Origin: an uncultured Alphaproteobacteria bacterium
Lineage (GTDB): Bacteria > Pseudomonadota > Alphaproteobacteria > ATCC43930 > CGMCC-115725
Direction of reading: 5' to 3'
Assembly: GCA_963702925.1 (NCBI GenBank)
Contig: OY969771.1
Location: 2,080,715 to 2,104,714 of the forward strand
Length of the DNA: 24,000 nucleotides
Shown: positions 1 to 7,600 of the stretch, piece after piece
Numbering within the stretch: position 1 is the stretch's first letter
Layout: every line of letters starts with the position of its first letter
The notes under the pieces: model-generated
Told to the model about the DNA's origin: nothing
Databases searched by the model: none
Seen by the model: only the letters and a program-made list of their open reading frames with translations
Translations under genes and position numbers: made by a program

Positions 1-16
1 GGCGCAGCTCGCCGCC

Positions 17-634
17 ATGGACTGGCCGACGTTGCACACTGCGCTGCGGGAGGTTGTCGCAGGAATGCGCACGGCCTCGACGGAGGCCCTGATTCGCATC
101 TGCCGCAAAGCCCACGAGGCCGGCGACCGCGCCAAGGTCAACCTAGCGTTCGAGGCCGCGAGCAAGACGGCTACGCCCTTGCTCCTTTCGCAGGCGTTCG
201 GTCAAGCCGAGGACGAGCGCAGGGAACAGGCGCAGGAAATCCTCTTGCAGCTCTTTACTGCGATCCGCGCCGGCAAGTCGCAGCTAGCAGAGAGATTCTT
301 CGCCGCCTTTGCGAAACGGCGCTCGATTGATCTTTTCCGCCGTCGCGAGGCGCGGCTCGAGGGCAAGTTGGATCGGATCGAACCGGCCGGAGAGGCCGAC
401 CCGATCGACGAGGTACCGGGCCGGGGTGCAAGTGTCGAAGCTCGCGCTCTGCTATCGGTCGCTGTCGAGAAGCTGCCACCAAAGCTCAGGATAGCCTTCA
501 TCCAGTATCATCGCTTCGGGATGACGCAGGAGGAGGTCGCCGAACAGAACAAAGTTGATGTCCGCACGGTCCATGAATGGCTCAAGGAAGCCCGCGCCGC
601 GCTCGGACTCAAAGGAGATGGAGATGACCGCTAA
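17..634 (+). CDS. Sigma-70 family (ECF-like) RNA polymerase sigma factor
   Basis: 205-aa ORF. It has a region-2-like segment (AEDERREQAQEILLQLF...FAKRRSIDLFRRREAR) and a region-4 HTH (LPPKLRIAFIQYHRFGMTQEEVAEQNKVDVRTVHEWLKEARAAL). Its stop at 632-634 overlaps the next ORF. The ATG at 17 is close to the window edge, so the true start could lie upstream. Confidence 0.7.
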   Translation: MDWPTLHTALREVVAGMRTASTEALIRICRKAHEAGDRAKVNLAFEAASKTATPLLLSQAFGQAEDERREQAQEILLQLFTAIRAGKSQLAERFFAAFAKRRSIDLFRRREARLEGKLDRIEPAGEADPIDEVPGRGASVEARALLSVAVEKLPPKLRIAFIQYHRFGMTQEEVAEQNKVDVRTVHEWLKEARAALGLKGDGDDR

Positions 635-1259
635 GCCGAACCGCACGCCCGATCTTGATGACGTCCTTGACGAGCTCGCCAAACTCCCTGCTCCGCCAGA
701 TGCGGGGACGCTGCGCGCCTGGACGAAAGAGTACCCTGGGTTCGCGCGCGAGATCGTTGCCTTCGCCACTGACTGGTTGGCGATGGATGCAGCACGCGTG
801 GAACGGTCCGCGACCGCCGAGGACATCGACCTCGTCGTCAACCGCACGATGAGCCGCGTGCAGACTATGCTTGACGCCGCGGAGCGCCCGGAGTCGATTA
901 TCGACCTCGCCGCCGACATCCGCGCGGCTGGACACGATTTCGATTCGTTCCAGCGCTTTCTCGGCATCGACAGGTCCATGCTGGACAGCCTGATTACGCG
1001 CCTGGCGAAGCCGGCGACCATACCGGCGTTGCTCGTCTGCTTGGCGGCCGAAGCGCTGAACCGGCCGCTCGATCGGCTGCGCGAATATTTCCGGCTCCCA
1101 GCGCAACTCGCCGGCGCCCACAAGTCTCGCGGGCGTCCGGTCCCGGCACAGGTTGACTTTACGGTGCTCGTTAGACATTCAAAACTGCCTGACCCCGACA
1201 AAGACCGGTGGCTGAAAGAACCGCCGGATCCGGACCTCCAGGGCAAACCGCATGGATAG
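624..1259 (+). CDS. Hypothetical protein, possible XRE-like HTH (candidate partner or substrate of the downstream ImmA-type peptidase domain, or an anti-sigma-like factor)
   Basis: The ORF track starts at 555, but AAGGAG (612-617) lies 6 nt before the ATG at 624, and ATG 618 is an alternative. The segment DIRAAGHDFDSFQRFLGIDRSMLDSLITRLAKPATIPALLVCLAAEALNRPLDRL resembles an XRE-type HTH pattern. The ORF overlaps both neighbours (sigma stop 632-634; helicase ATG 1252 versus its own stop 1257-1259). Confidence 0.55.
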   Translation: MTAKPNRTPDLDDVLDELAKLPAPPDAGTLRAWTKEYPGFAREIVAFATDWLAMDAARVERSATAEDIDLVVNRTMSRVQTMLDAAERPESIIDLAADIRAAGHDFDSFQRFLGIDRSMLDSLITRLAKPATIPALLVCLAAEALNRPLDRLREYFRLPAQLAGAHKSRGRPVPAQVDFTVLVRHSKLPDPDKDRWLKEPPDPDLQGKPHG

Positions 1260-4200
1260 CTTCGGCACCGTCCGTAGGCTCGCCCGCGAAAAGCATGAGG
1301 CGATGAAGGCTCGTGCGTCAGGCGACGGCACCGCAGCGGCACTCCTGGCTCAGGCGCGCACCACGACGAAAGCGGCGATCCACGGAGTGCCACCCGAACA
1401 TCCGCTGCTGGCCGGCGGCGACGGCGCGCTCCATAGGACCGGGCCGACGCCGTCGATCTACATCTCGGATGCGCTGGCTCCGGACCAGGCCGCCTACGTC
1501 GAGGCGCACGAATTCGGCCATCTCTGGATCGAGACACCGACCGAACCGGCGGTGGCGCCCTGCAACTCGGATCCATCGACGCCGGAAGAAAACACGCCAC
1601 TCGGACTACGTCGGGTAGAGGCCTACAGCCCGGAGGAACTGCGCGAGCGGTACGCCAACGTTTTCGGACGAGAGTTTCTTCTTCCGTGTTCGGAAGCAAA
1701 GCGACTATTCGGTTTGGGCAAATCGGCGAAGCAAATCGCAACCGACATCGGCGTCCCCATCGGCCTCGTCAACCAGCAGCTCGCGGCCGCGCTGCTGCTA
1801 CCCGAACCGTCCACCGAAGAGAAGGCTGTGGAGCGCGAGCGTCCAGGGCTCGACAAATCCCAGAAGATGGCCGCCGAACACGAAGGTTCGCCGCTGCTCG
1901 TCGAGGCGGGGCCTGGCACGGGCAAGACTCGCGCTCTAATCGCGCGGATCGAATATCTGCTTGCCAAGAACGTCCCGGCACCGAGCATTCTCGTCCTGAC
2001 TTTCTCGAACAAAGCTGCGAGGGAGATCAGAGAGCGCGTTGCGGGAAGCGTACCCGGAGCGGTGCCGGAAATCTGGGCGGGAACATTCCACGCCTTTGGC
2101 CTCGAACTCCTCCGCAAATACGGCCACCTCGACGGCATAGCCGAGCCCGTAAGGTTGCTCGATCAGGCCGACCAACTTGCACTGCTCGAACGCGAACTAC
2201 CGCGCCTCGGACTCGACCACTACTTGCGCCTTCACGAACCGCTTTTGGAACTCCGCAACATTATCGGCGCTATTTCGCGCGCGAAGGACGAAGTGTTCTC
2301 GCCGTCGGCATATGCGGACGCCGCCCGGCGCATGCTCTCGAAAGCTGGTTCCGATGAGGAACTCGTTCTGCGAGCCGAGAAAGCCGCGGAGGTCGGGCGG
2401 GTATATGCCCACTACGACGCTTGCCTTCGCGCCGAAGGCATCGTCGATTTTGCCGACCTCATCAACCAGCCCATCGAGATCCTGCGGAAGCATCCTGACA
2501 TCCGCGACGAATTGTGCGGCCAGTACACGCACATCCTGGTCGACGAATACCAGGACGTAAACCGCGCGAGCGCGCTGCTGCTCAAGGAGCTTGCCGGCGA
2601 GGGCGAGCACCTGTGGGTCGTCGGTGACGCACGGCAATCCATTTACCGGTTCAGAGGAGCCGCGCCTTCAAACACGACCGAGTTCGAGAAGGATTATCCA
2701 AAGGGCAAGCGTCTGCCGCTAGCCGTCAACTATCGGTCGAGAAAACAGATTGTCGATATGTTCGGAACCTACGCCGCCGGCATGAGCGTCGGCGGCGGCC
2801 GGAACCACTCACTTCGGGCGCACCACGGCGCAGGCACCAATCCGATCGACTTCAGCGTCGCGTCCGACCGTAACGCGGAGATCGCGGGAATCGCGGCCGT
2901 GATCCAGCGGCGGCGCTTGGCAGGCTGCGCCTACCGCGAACAGGCCGTACTTTGCCGCTCGCACTCCAATCTCCAGAAGATAGCGACAGGGCTCGAAGCT
3001 GTCGGCATACCCGTGCTGTACCTGGGCGACCTCTTCGAGCGGCCAGAAGTTCGAGACCTCCTTTCGCTCCTGTCGTTCGCATCCGAACGCCATCGCGGCG
3101 GCCTCATGAGGGTGGCAACGCTCCCGCGATGGCGCACACCGCTCGCCGACGTTCGGACGTTTCTTGCGCACGCCGCCGAGACTGAGAAGACGCCGCTCGC
3201 CGCCCTCGCGGCCGTGGAGAACCTCGACGACCTTTCGCTGACGGGGAGGAGTGCGCTCGCGCAGCTGCGCTCCGACCTCGATGGTGTCGGCTTCAAGACC
3301 GGGCCCGGGCAGTTCCTGTGCGACGTGCTGTTCGAGCGTGGTCTTGTCCGTGACTATCTCTCCGGCAACACAGCCGCTGACTGCCAGCGGCGGCTCGCCA
3401 TTCATCAGTTCCTTCAATTCGCTATTGAATACGACCGCGCGGGCGAAGGCGACCCAAAGCGCCGGCTGCTTGGCTGGGTCCGGCGGCTGGAGGTGTTCGG
3501 CGATGAGCGCGCACTGCGCGAACCACCGGCAGCTGTCGAAGGTATCGACGCGGTGCGGCTCATGACCGTTCACGCTAGTAAAGGTCTGGAGTTCGAGACC
3601 GTGCATCTGCCGACGCTTGGGAAAGGCATCTTCCCTCTGAAGCGGCACGGCGTGACCTGTCCTCCACCGGACGGAATGCTTCTTACGACGGCAGAGGATG
3701 ATCATAACGAGGAGGAAGAATGCCTCTTCTTCGTCGCGCTGTCGCGTGCTCGTGGCCACCTGTCGCTCTCGCGAGCGCAGCGCTATTCCGACAGCCAGCG
3801 CTCGAATCCTTCTCCCGCGCTTGAGGCGATCGCTGCACATCTCCCCCGGGCGCCGGACTCAGACCCTACATGGACGGCGCGGCTTCCCACGCCGACCGCA
3901 GGCGGGAGCCGCCTCGACCTCAAGCGCGCAGCGCGTGAGCACGACGGGCGGGACATTGAACTCTACATCGGTTGCCCACGCCGCTATCTCTATCAGGCGA
4001 TGCTAGGGCTGAGCGGCTCGCGCGAGGATAACGGCTACGTCCGGTTCCATGGCGTTCTCTACCGCGTGTTGGGTTGGATGGCCGAACAGACCGGCACCGT
4101 GACGACCGACGCGCTCAAAGCGGAAACGGACGCGCGCTGGGCCGAGACCGGTCCGACGGACCATCCGCTGCAGCCGCTATACCGCGCCTCCGCGCAGAAG

Positions 4201-4620
4201 ATCCTCGATCAGGCTAACGCGCGGCCGCGCAAGGGGATCCGGTTTGGAGAGACGCTGACCGCCACCATCGCCGGCCACACCATCAGCCTTTCGCTCGATG
4301 AGATCCAGAAGGACGGCCGTGGCTTCGTGATCCGTCGGCTCCGGACCGGGAAGGTGCCGAAGAAGCAGGACCACCGCGTCCTGCATGCGCTCATGGCGGA
4401 GGCCGGGAGGCAGGCGTTCGGAACAGGCGGCAAATTCGAAATCCGCTATCTCTCTTCCGACGACGCGGTGCCGATCTCCTTCGCCCGCGTCATGGCCGAC
4501 CGCCTCGAAGAGACCAAGGCCGTCATCGCAGGGCTCGCGGCCGGTGAATACCCGCCGATTCCGTCCGATAACTGCCCGCGCTGCCCGCACTACTTCATCT
4601 GCCAGGCCATTCCCGAGTGA
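1252..4620 (+). CDS. Three-domain fusion: N-terminal ImmA/IrrE (M78) metallopeptidase-like domain, UvrD/Rep-type SF1 helicase, and C-terminal Cas4/AddB-like PD-(D/E)xK nuclease with a Cys4 (Fe-S) cluster
   Basis: 1122 aa. Peptidase motifs: HEFGH (nt 1507-1521) followed by ERYANVFGREFLLP. Helicase motifs: GPGTGKT (1909-1929), TFHAFG, ILVDEYQDVN, VVGDARQSIYRFRGA, VNYRSRKQIV, TVHASKGLEFETVHLP, FFVALSRARGHL. Nuclease signatures: IGCPRRYLY (Cys codon 3973-3975), SLDEIQKD...IRRLRTGK, and CPRCPHYFIC (4573-4602). Confidence 0.9.
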   Translation: MDSFGTVRRLAREKHEAMKARASGDGTAAALLAQARTTTKAAIHGVPPEHPLLAGGDGALHRTGPTPSIYISDALAPDQAAYVEAHEFGHLWIETPTEPAVAPCNSDPSTPEENTPLGLRRVEAYSPEELRERYANVFGREFLLPCSEAKRLFGLGKSAKQIATDIGVPIGLVNQQLAAALLLPEPSTEEKAVERERPGLDKSQKMAAEHEGSPLLVEAGPGTGKTRALIARIEYLLAKNVPAPSILVLTFSNKAAREIRERVAGSVPGAVPEIWAGTFHAFGLELLRKYGHLDGIAEPVRLLDQADQLALLERELPRLGLDHYLRLHEPLLELRNIIGAISRAKDEVFSPSAYADAARRMLSKAGSDEELVLRAEKAAEVGRVYAHYDACLRAEGIVDFADLINQPIEILRKHPDIRDELCGQYTHILVDEYQDVNRASALLLKELAGEGEHLWVVGDARQSIYRFRGAAPSNTTEFEKDYPKGKRLPLAVNYRSRKQIVDMFGTYAAGMSVGGGRNHSLRAHHGAGTNPIDFSVASDRNAEIAGIAAVIQRRRLAGCAYREQAVLCRSHSNLQKIATGLEAVGIPVLYLGDLFERPEVRDLLSLLSFASERHRGGLMRVATLPRWRTPLADVRTFLAHAAETEKTPLAALAAVENLDDLSLTGRSALAQLRSDLDGVGFKTGPGQFLCDVLFERGLVRDYLSGNTAADCQRRLAIHQFLQFAIEYDRAGEGDPKRRLLGWVRRLEVFGDERALREPPAAVEGIDAVRLMTVHASKGLEFETVHLPTLGKGIFPLKRHGVTCPPPDGMLLTTAEDDHNEEEECLFFVALSRARGHLSLSRAQRYSDSQRSNPSPALEAIAAHLPRAPDSDPTWTARLPTPTAGGSRLDLKRAAREHDGRDIELYIGCPRRYLYQAMLGLSGSREDNGYVRFHGVLYRVLGWMAEQTGTVTTDALKAETDARWAETGPTDHPLQPLYRASAQKILDQANARPRKGIRFGETLTATIAGHTISLSLDEIQKDGRGFVIRRLRTGKVPKKQDHRVLHALMAEAGRQAFGTGGKFEIRYLSSDDAVPISFARVMADRLEETKAVIAGLAAGEYPPIPSDNCPRCPHYFICQAIPE

Positions 4621-4715
4621 CGCAGAAGCGACTTCCGCTTTTCCGGAGACGCCGCGACTAACCCTTCAGAGCAGCTGACCGATCGCCGGCCGGCACCCAA
4701 GAGAAGGGTTCTCAA

Positions 4716-5231
4716 ATGCGACCAATCGATGTCTTCGTCCAAGGCGGGGAAATCGCCGAAATTCTGGTCGGGCGCGCAGCCCCGATCCACTCGCTGGCCG
4801 AGGTGCTGGCCAATCTCGAACGTCCCGTTCCCCAGGGAGAAGGGATGCTGATCTTCGTCGAAGACATGCACGCGCCCGTCGATCCGGAGACGACCGTCGA
4901 GGAACTGCTGCCGCTGTGCGTCGACGAAGAGGCGATCATCGTGCCGCTGCGGCTCCACGTTTCGCGCTGCCGGCACGTCGAAGTGTCCGTCCGCTTCAAC
5001 GGCGAGCACGTAAAGCGTCGCTTCCCGCCTGGTGCCACCATCGGCCGTGTCCACCACTGGGCGGCGCGCCGCGCCTTCGGCCTGTCGCCCCGCGACGCGG
5101 CCGAGCACGTCCTGCAGATCCAGGGCACCCAGAAGCGCCCCGACCGTGACGTGCACATCGGGACGCTCACTTCCGGCACGACCTGTTCCATCGCGTTCGA
5201 CCTGGTGCCGCGCAAGCGGGTGGAGGGCTGA
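4716..5231 (+). CDS. Tandem beta-grasp ubiquitin-like protein (multiubiquitin / BilA-like) with a free C-terminal glycine
   Basis: 171 aa, with two halves of about 80 aa each, sized for beta-grasp domains. The protein ends ...LVPRKRVEG-stop (Gly codon 5226-5228). It is followed 2 nt later by the E2-like gene. Its position and size match the first gene of Ubl-E2-JAB-E1 operons. Confidence 0.7.
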   Translation: MRPIDVFVQGGEIAEILVGRAAPIHSLAEVLANLERPVPQGEGMLIFVEDMHAPVDPETTVEELLPLCVDEEAIIVPLRLHVSRCRHVEVSVRFNGEHVKRRFPPGATIGRVHHWAARRAFGLSPRDAAEHVLQIQGTQKRPDRDVHIGTLTSGTTCSIAFDLVPRKRVEG

Positions 5232-5233
5232 AG

Positions 5234-5707
5234 ATGTCCACCGGCATCGGTCCAGACGAGGCGGTGTTCCGCAGCCATCTCGGCGGGGGCAGCTTCCTGC
5301 TCGGCACCACCGCCGGACGCTGGCGGCTGGTCTCGGTCGCCTGGCCGCACGCCGTGTTCGGCGTGCGTGCCGCGGACGGGATCGAGTACGGCCTCCGGTT
5401 TGAGTGCCGCGACTATCCGCACACGCCGGCCACGGCGCGGCCATGGGACATCGAACGCGACGCTCCCCTCGCGCCCGAACGCTGGCCGACCGGCAGGAGC
5501 CGCCTGCCGCTGGCGTTCAACCCGAGCTGGAAGAACGGTTCGTGCCTCTACCTGCCTTGCGACAGGCAGTCGATCGAGGGCCACGCGAACTGGCATCACG
5601 AACATCCGAGCCTGATCTGGGATCCCGCCCTCGGCATCGTCCATTACCTGCGGATCGTCCACGATCTCCTCAACTCAGGCGACTACGGGGGACGCCGTGC
5701 AGCATGA
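5234..5707 (+). CDS. Prokaryotic E2/UBC-like ubiquitin-conjugating enzyme homologue (BilB-like)
   Basis: 157 aa, tightly packed between the Ubl and JAB genes. Candidate catalytic cysteines lie in [18 protein letters not shown]. The assignment rests mainly on size and operon position plus this Cys-loop, so it is less certain than the JAB and E1 calls. Confidence 0.6.
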   Translation: MSTGIGPDEAVFRSHLGGGSFLLGTTAGRWRLVSVAWPHAVFGVRAADGIEYGLRFECRDYPHTPATARPWDIERDAPLAPERWPTGRSRLPLAFNPSWKNGSCLYLPCDRQSIEGHANWHHEHPSLIWDPALGIVHYLRIVHDLLNSGDYGGRRAA

Positions 5708-6179
5708 TCCGTTACTGCGCATCGCCCGGCCGCTGTGGCGCGAGATGACTACCGAGCTCCACCGCCGCACTGAAGGCCGCCACGAGTCCGGCGCGTTCCT
5801 GCTTGGGCACAAGGCGGCCGACGGGCGCACCGCGCGCGCGCTCGTCTATTACGACGATCTCGACCCGCTCGCCTACGACACGGGCATCTGCGTGTTGCAC
5901 GCGGACGCCTTCTCACGGTTGTGGGACATCTGCGGGGAACGCGATTTGTCTGTGGTCGCCGATGCCCACGTCCACGGCGGCCGCGCCGGCCAGAGCCCAT
6001 CGGACCGCGAAAATCCGATGATCGCGTGCCCCGGCCATCTCGCGCTCATCCTTCCTCTGATGGCTCGGCCTCCCGTGCGCCGGTGGGCAGTCGGCATCTA
6101 CGAATATCTCGGCGAGCACCGGTGGCGGCCGCACGGCGGCTGCTGTGGATCGCGCATTCTCAAGATAGAGGACGAATGA
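5697..6179 (+). CDS. JAB/JAMM (MPN+) metalloprotease, deconjugating enzyme (BilC-like)
   Basis: 160 aa. It has the upstream Glu in HESGAFLLG and a JAMM-like metal site, [13 protein letters not shown] (H-x-H-x6-S-x2-D). The GTG start at 5697 overlaps the E2 stop by 11 nt. The stop at 6177-6179 overlaps the E1 ATG at 6176. Confidence 0.85.
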   Translation: MQHDPLLRIARPLWREMTTELHRRTEGRHESGAFLLGHKAADGRTARALVYYDDLDPLAYDTGICVLHADAFSRLWDICGERDLSVVADAHVHGGRAGQSPSDRENPMIACPGHLALILPLMARPPVRRWAVGIYEYLGEHRWRPHGGCCGSRILKIEDE

Positions 6180-7534
6180 TGAACGACTTGGAAGCGGTGT
6201 CGGATGCGCTCAACCGTCTCGTCAAGATCGCGCTCGACACGGGCGAGGCGTCGAGCGTCGAGGAGGCGGAGCAGATCTTCAGAAACTACCGGATGCAGAT
6301 CGTCGTCGGCGCCGACGTCATGCACAACGCCGTGCTGCAGGCGACGTTGCTGACGGCGGTCAACTGCGCTGCACGCAGCTTCCTGGGCGGCGTGACCGTC
6401 GTCGGAGCGTTGGGTGTTCTGCGCGTGATGCTGCCTCCGTTCCTCGACCTCGAAACCGCCGTCGCTGGCCTCGGTGCGCGGAGGACGGAGGTGCCGGATC
6501 CGGACCTGCCGATGCTGGTGATCGGCGATGTCGATGTCGCTCTATTGAAGCCGCTCGCAATCCGGGCGACGTTTTCTCAGTGGTGCGGCGGCATCGTTCC
6601 GGCCGCGAGCAACGTACGTCTAGCCGAGATTGGCGCGTTCACTCCAGCAGGCGTGCTCGCTGGCGCGCTGGGCGTTTGCGAGATATTCCAGCGCGTGCGC
6701 GGAGGTGCGCCGATGGCGTGCCGGAGGGCCGCCGGTCTGGACCTCTGGGATCCGCGGCGGGACTGGCTGCGCGGCGAAAGCGCGCCGCCTCCAGAGCGCC
6801 TTCCCGCCGCTGCGTGGCTCGTCGGGATGGGCAATCTCGGTCAGGCCTACCTCTGGACGCTCGCGCTTCTTCCCTACGGCGAAGAAGCCGCCAACCTTGT
6901 CTTGCAGGACACCGATATTCTCGCGCCATCCAACCTCAGCACGTCGTTGCTGACCACGCGTGAAAGGATGAAACGGCGCAAGACGCGGGAGATGGCTGCG
7001 TGGGCCGAAACGCGCGGCTTCAGGACGTCCATAGTGGAGCGGATTTTCGCAGCCGACTTCAGGGTCGGTGAACGCGAGCCTGCAGTGGCGCTCATTGGCG
7101 TCGACAACGCGCTCGCCCGGCAGTCGATTGAAGACGTAGGATTCGCGCGCATCATTGAGGCCGGTCTCGGCCGTGGACCGCAGGATTTTCTCGGCATCGA
7201 CCTGCACACGTTCCCCGCGTCGAAGACGGCGCGGGAAACTTGGCCGGAGACAGGCGCGTCGGACGCCGACATCGCGCAACCGGCCTACCGCGCGATACTC
7301 GAACGGACTGGGGATCGTTGCGGGACCGTGCGCCTTGCCGGCCGTTCCGTCGGCGCACCGTTCGTCGGCGCGGCAGCTGCGGCCCTCGCCATCGCTGAGT
7401 TGATGAGGCTCTGTCTCGGAGGAACGCGCTACGAAATGGTTTCGTGCCACCTGCGCGATCTGCAAGGACGCATCATCGTCCCCAATGGACAGGAGGCACC
7501 TTTCAACCCGGGCAGCATCCAAGTCGCCGCGTAG
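6176..7534 (+). CDS. E1-like ThiF/MoeB-family adenylyltransferase (BilD-like) with a long N-terminal, possibly degenerate Rossmann-like domain
   Basis: The ORF track gives 5921-7534, but the first 85 codons are R/P-rich and overlap the JAB gene, so the ATGATG at 6176 (coupled to the JAB stop) is the likely start. That gives 452 aa. Motifs: nucleotide-binding loop LVGMGNLGQ, LVLQDTD, IGVDNALARQ, and a candidate catalytic Cys in GDRCGT. Confidence 0.85.
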   Translation: MMNDLEAVSDALNRLVKIALDTGEASSVEEAEQIFRNYRMQIVVGADVMHNAVLQATLLTAVNCAARSFLGGVTVVGALGVLRVMLPPFLDLETAVAGLGARRTEVPDPDLPMLVIGDVDVALLKPLAIRATFSQWCGGIVPAASNVRLAEIGAFTPAGVLAGALGVCEIFQRVRGGAPMACRRAAGLDLWDPRRDWLRGESAPPPERLPAAAWLVGMGNLGQAYLWTLALLPYGEEAANLVLQDTDILAPSNLSTSLLTTRERMKRRKTREMAAWAETRGFRTSIVERIFAADFRVGEREPAVALIGVDNALARQSIEDVGFARIIEAGLGRGPQDFLGIDLHTFPASKTARETWPETGASDADIAQPAYRAILERTGDRCGTVRLAGRSVGAPFVGAAAAALAIAELMRLCLGGTRYEMVSCHLRDLQGRIIVPNGQEAPFNPGSIQVAA

Positions 7535-7543
7535 CGGCGACTT
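7521..7543. terminator. Perfect 10-bp inverted repeat (AAGTCGCCGC-GTA-GCGGCGACTT) spanning the E1 stop codon; possible bidirectional terminator between convergent genes, or a protein-binding palindrome
   Basis: Read directly from the sequence. The stop TAG (7532-7534) sits in the loop/stem junction. No U-tract follows on either strand, so intrinsic terminator function is uncertain. A tandem GATTAAG repeat follows at 7549-7555 and 7557-7563. Confidence 0.35.
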
Positions 7544-7600
7544 GGTGAGATTAAGCGATTAAGTCGGCACGGCCCATATCGCGCTTGTGTGGTCGGGATT

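Noticed and set aside
452-1741. 429-aa ORF on the minus strand, antisense to the XRE-like and helicase genes.
   Set aside because: It is extremely R/S/P/A-rich and low-complexity, as expected for an off-frame ORF in high-GC DNA. It fully overlaps motif-bearing plus-strand genes.
2809-3840. 343-aa minus-strand ORF inside the helicase gene. The same reasoning applies to 1623-2138, 2197-2637 and 4177-4590.
   Set aside because: It is antisense to a gene with a complete UvrD motif set. It has junk-like composition and no start-site signals.
4590-5662. Minus-strand ORFs of 284 and 316 aa, antisense to the Ubl and E2 genes.
   Set aside because: They are R/P/A-rich shadow ORFs. The plus-strand genes are tightly coupled and fit a known operon architecture.
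5921-6175. N-terminal 85-codon extension of the E1 ORF given by the ORF track.
   Set aside because: The extension is R/P-rich, lies entirely inside the JAB coding region in another frame, and is unnecessary. The ATG at 6176 is coupled to the JAB stop.
6620-7522. 300-aa minus-strand ORF antisense to the E1 gene.
   Set aside because: It is a shadow ORF with biased composition, and E1 motifs are present on the plus strand.
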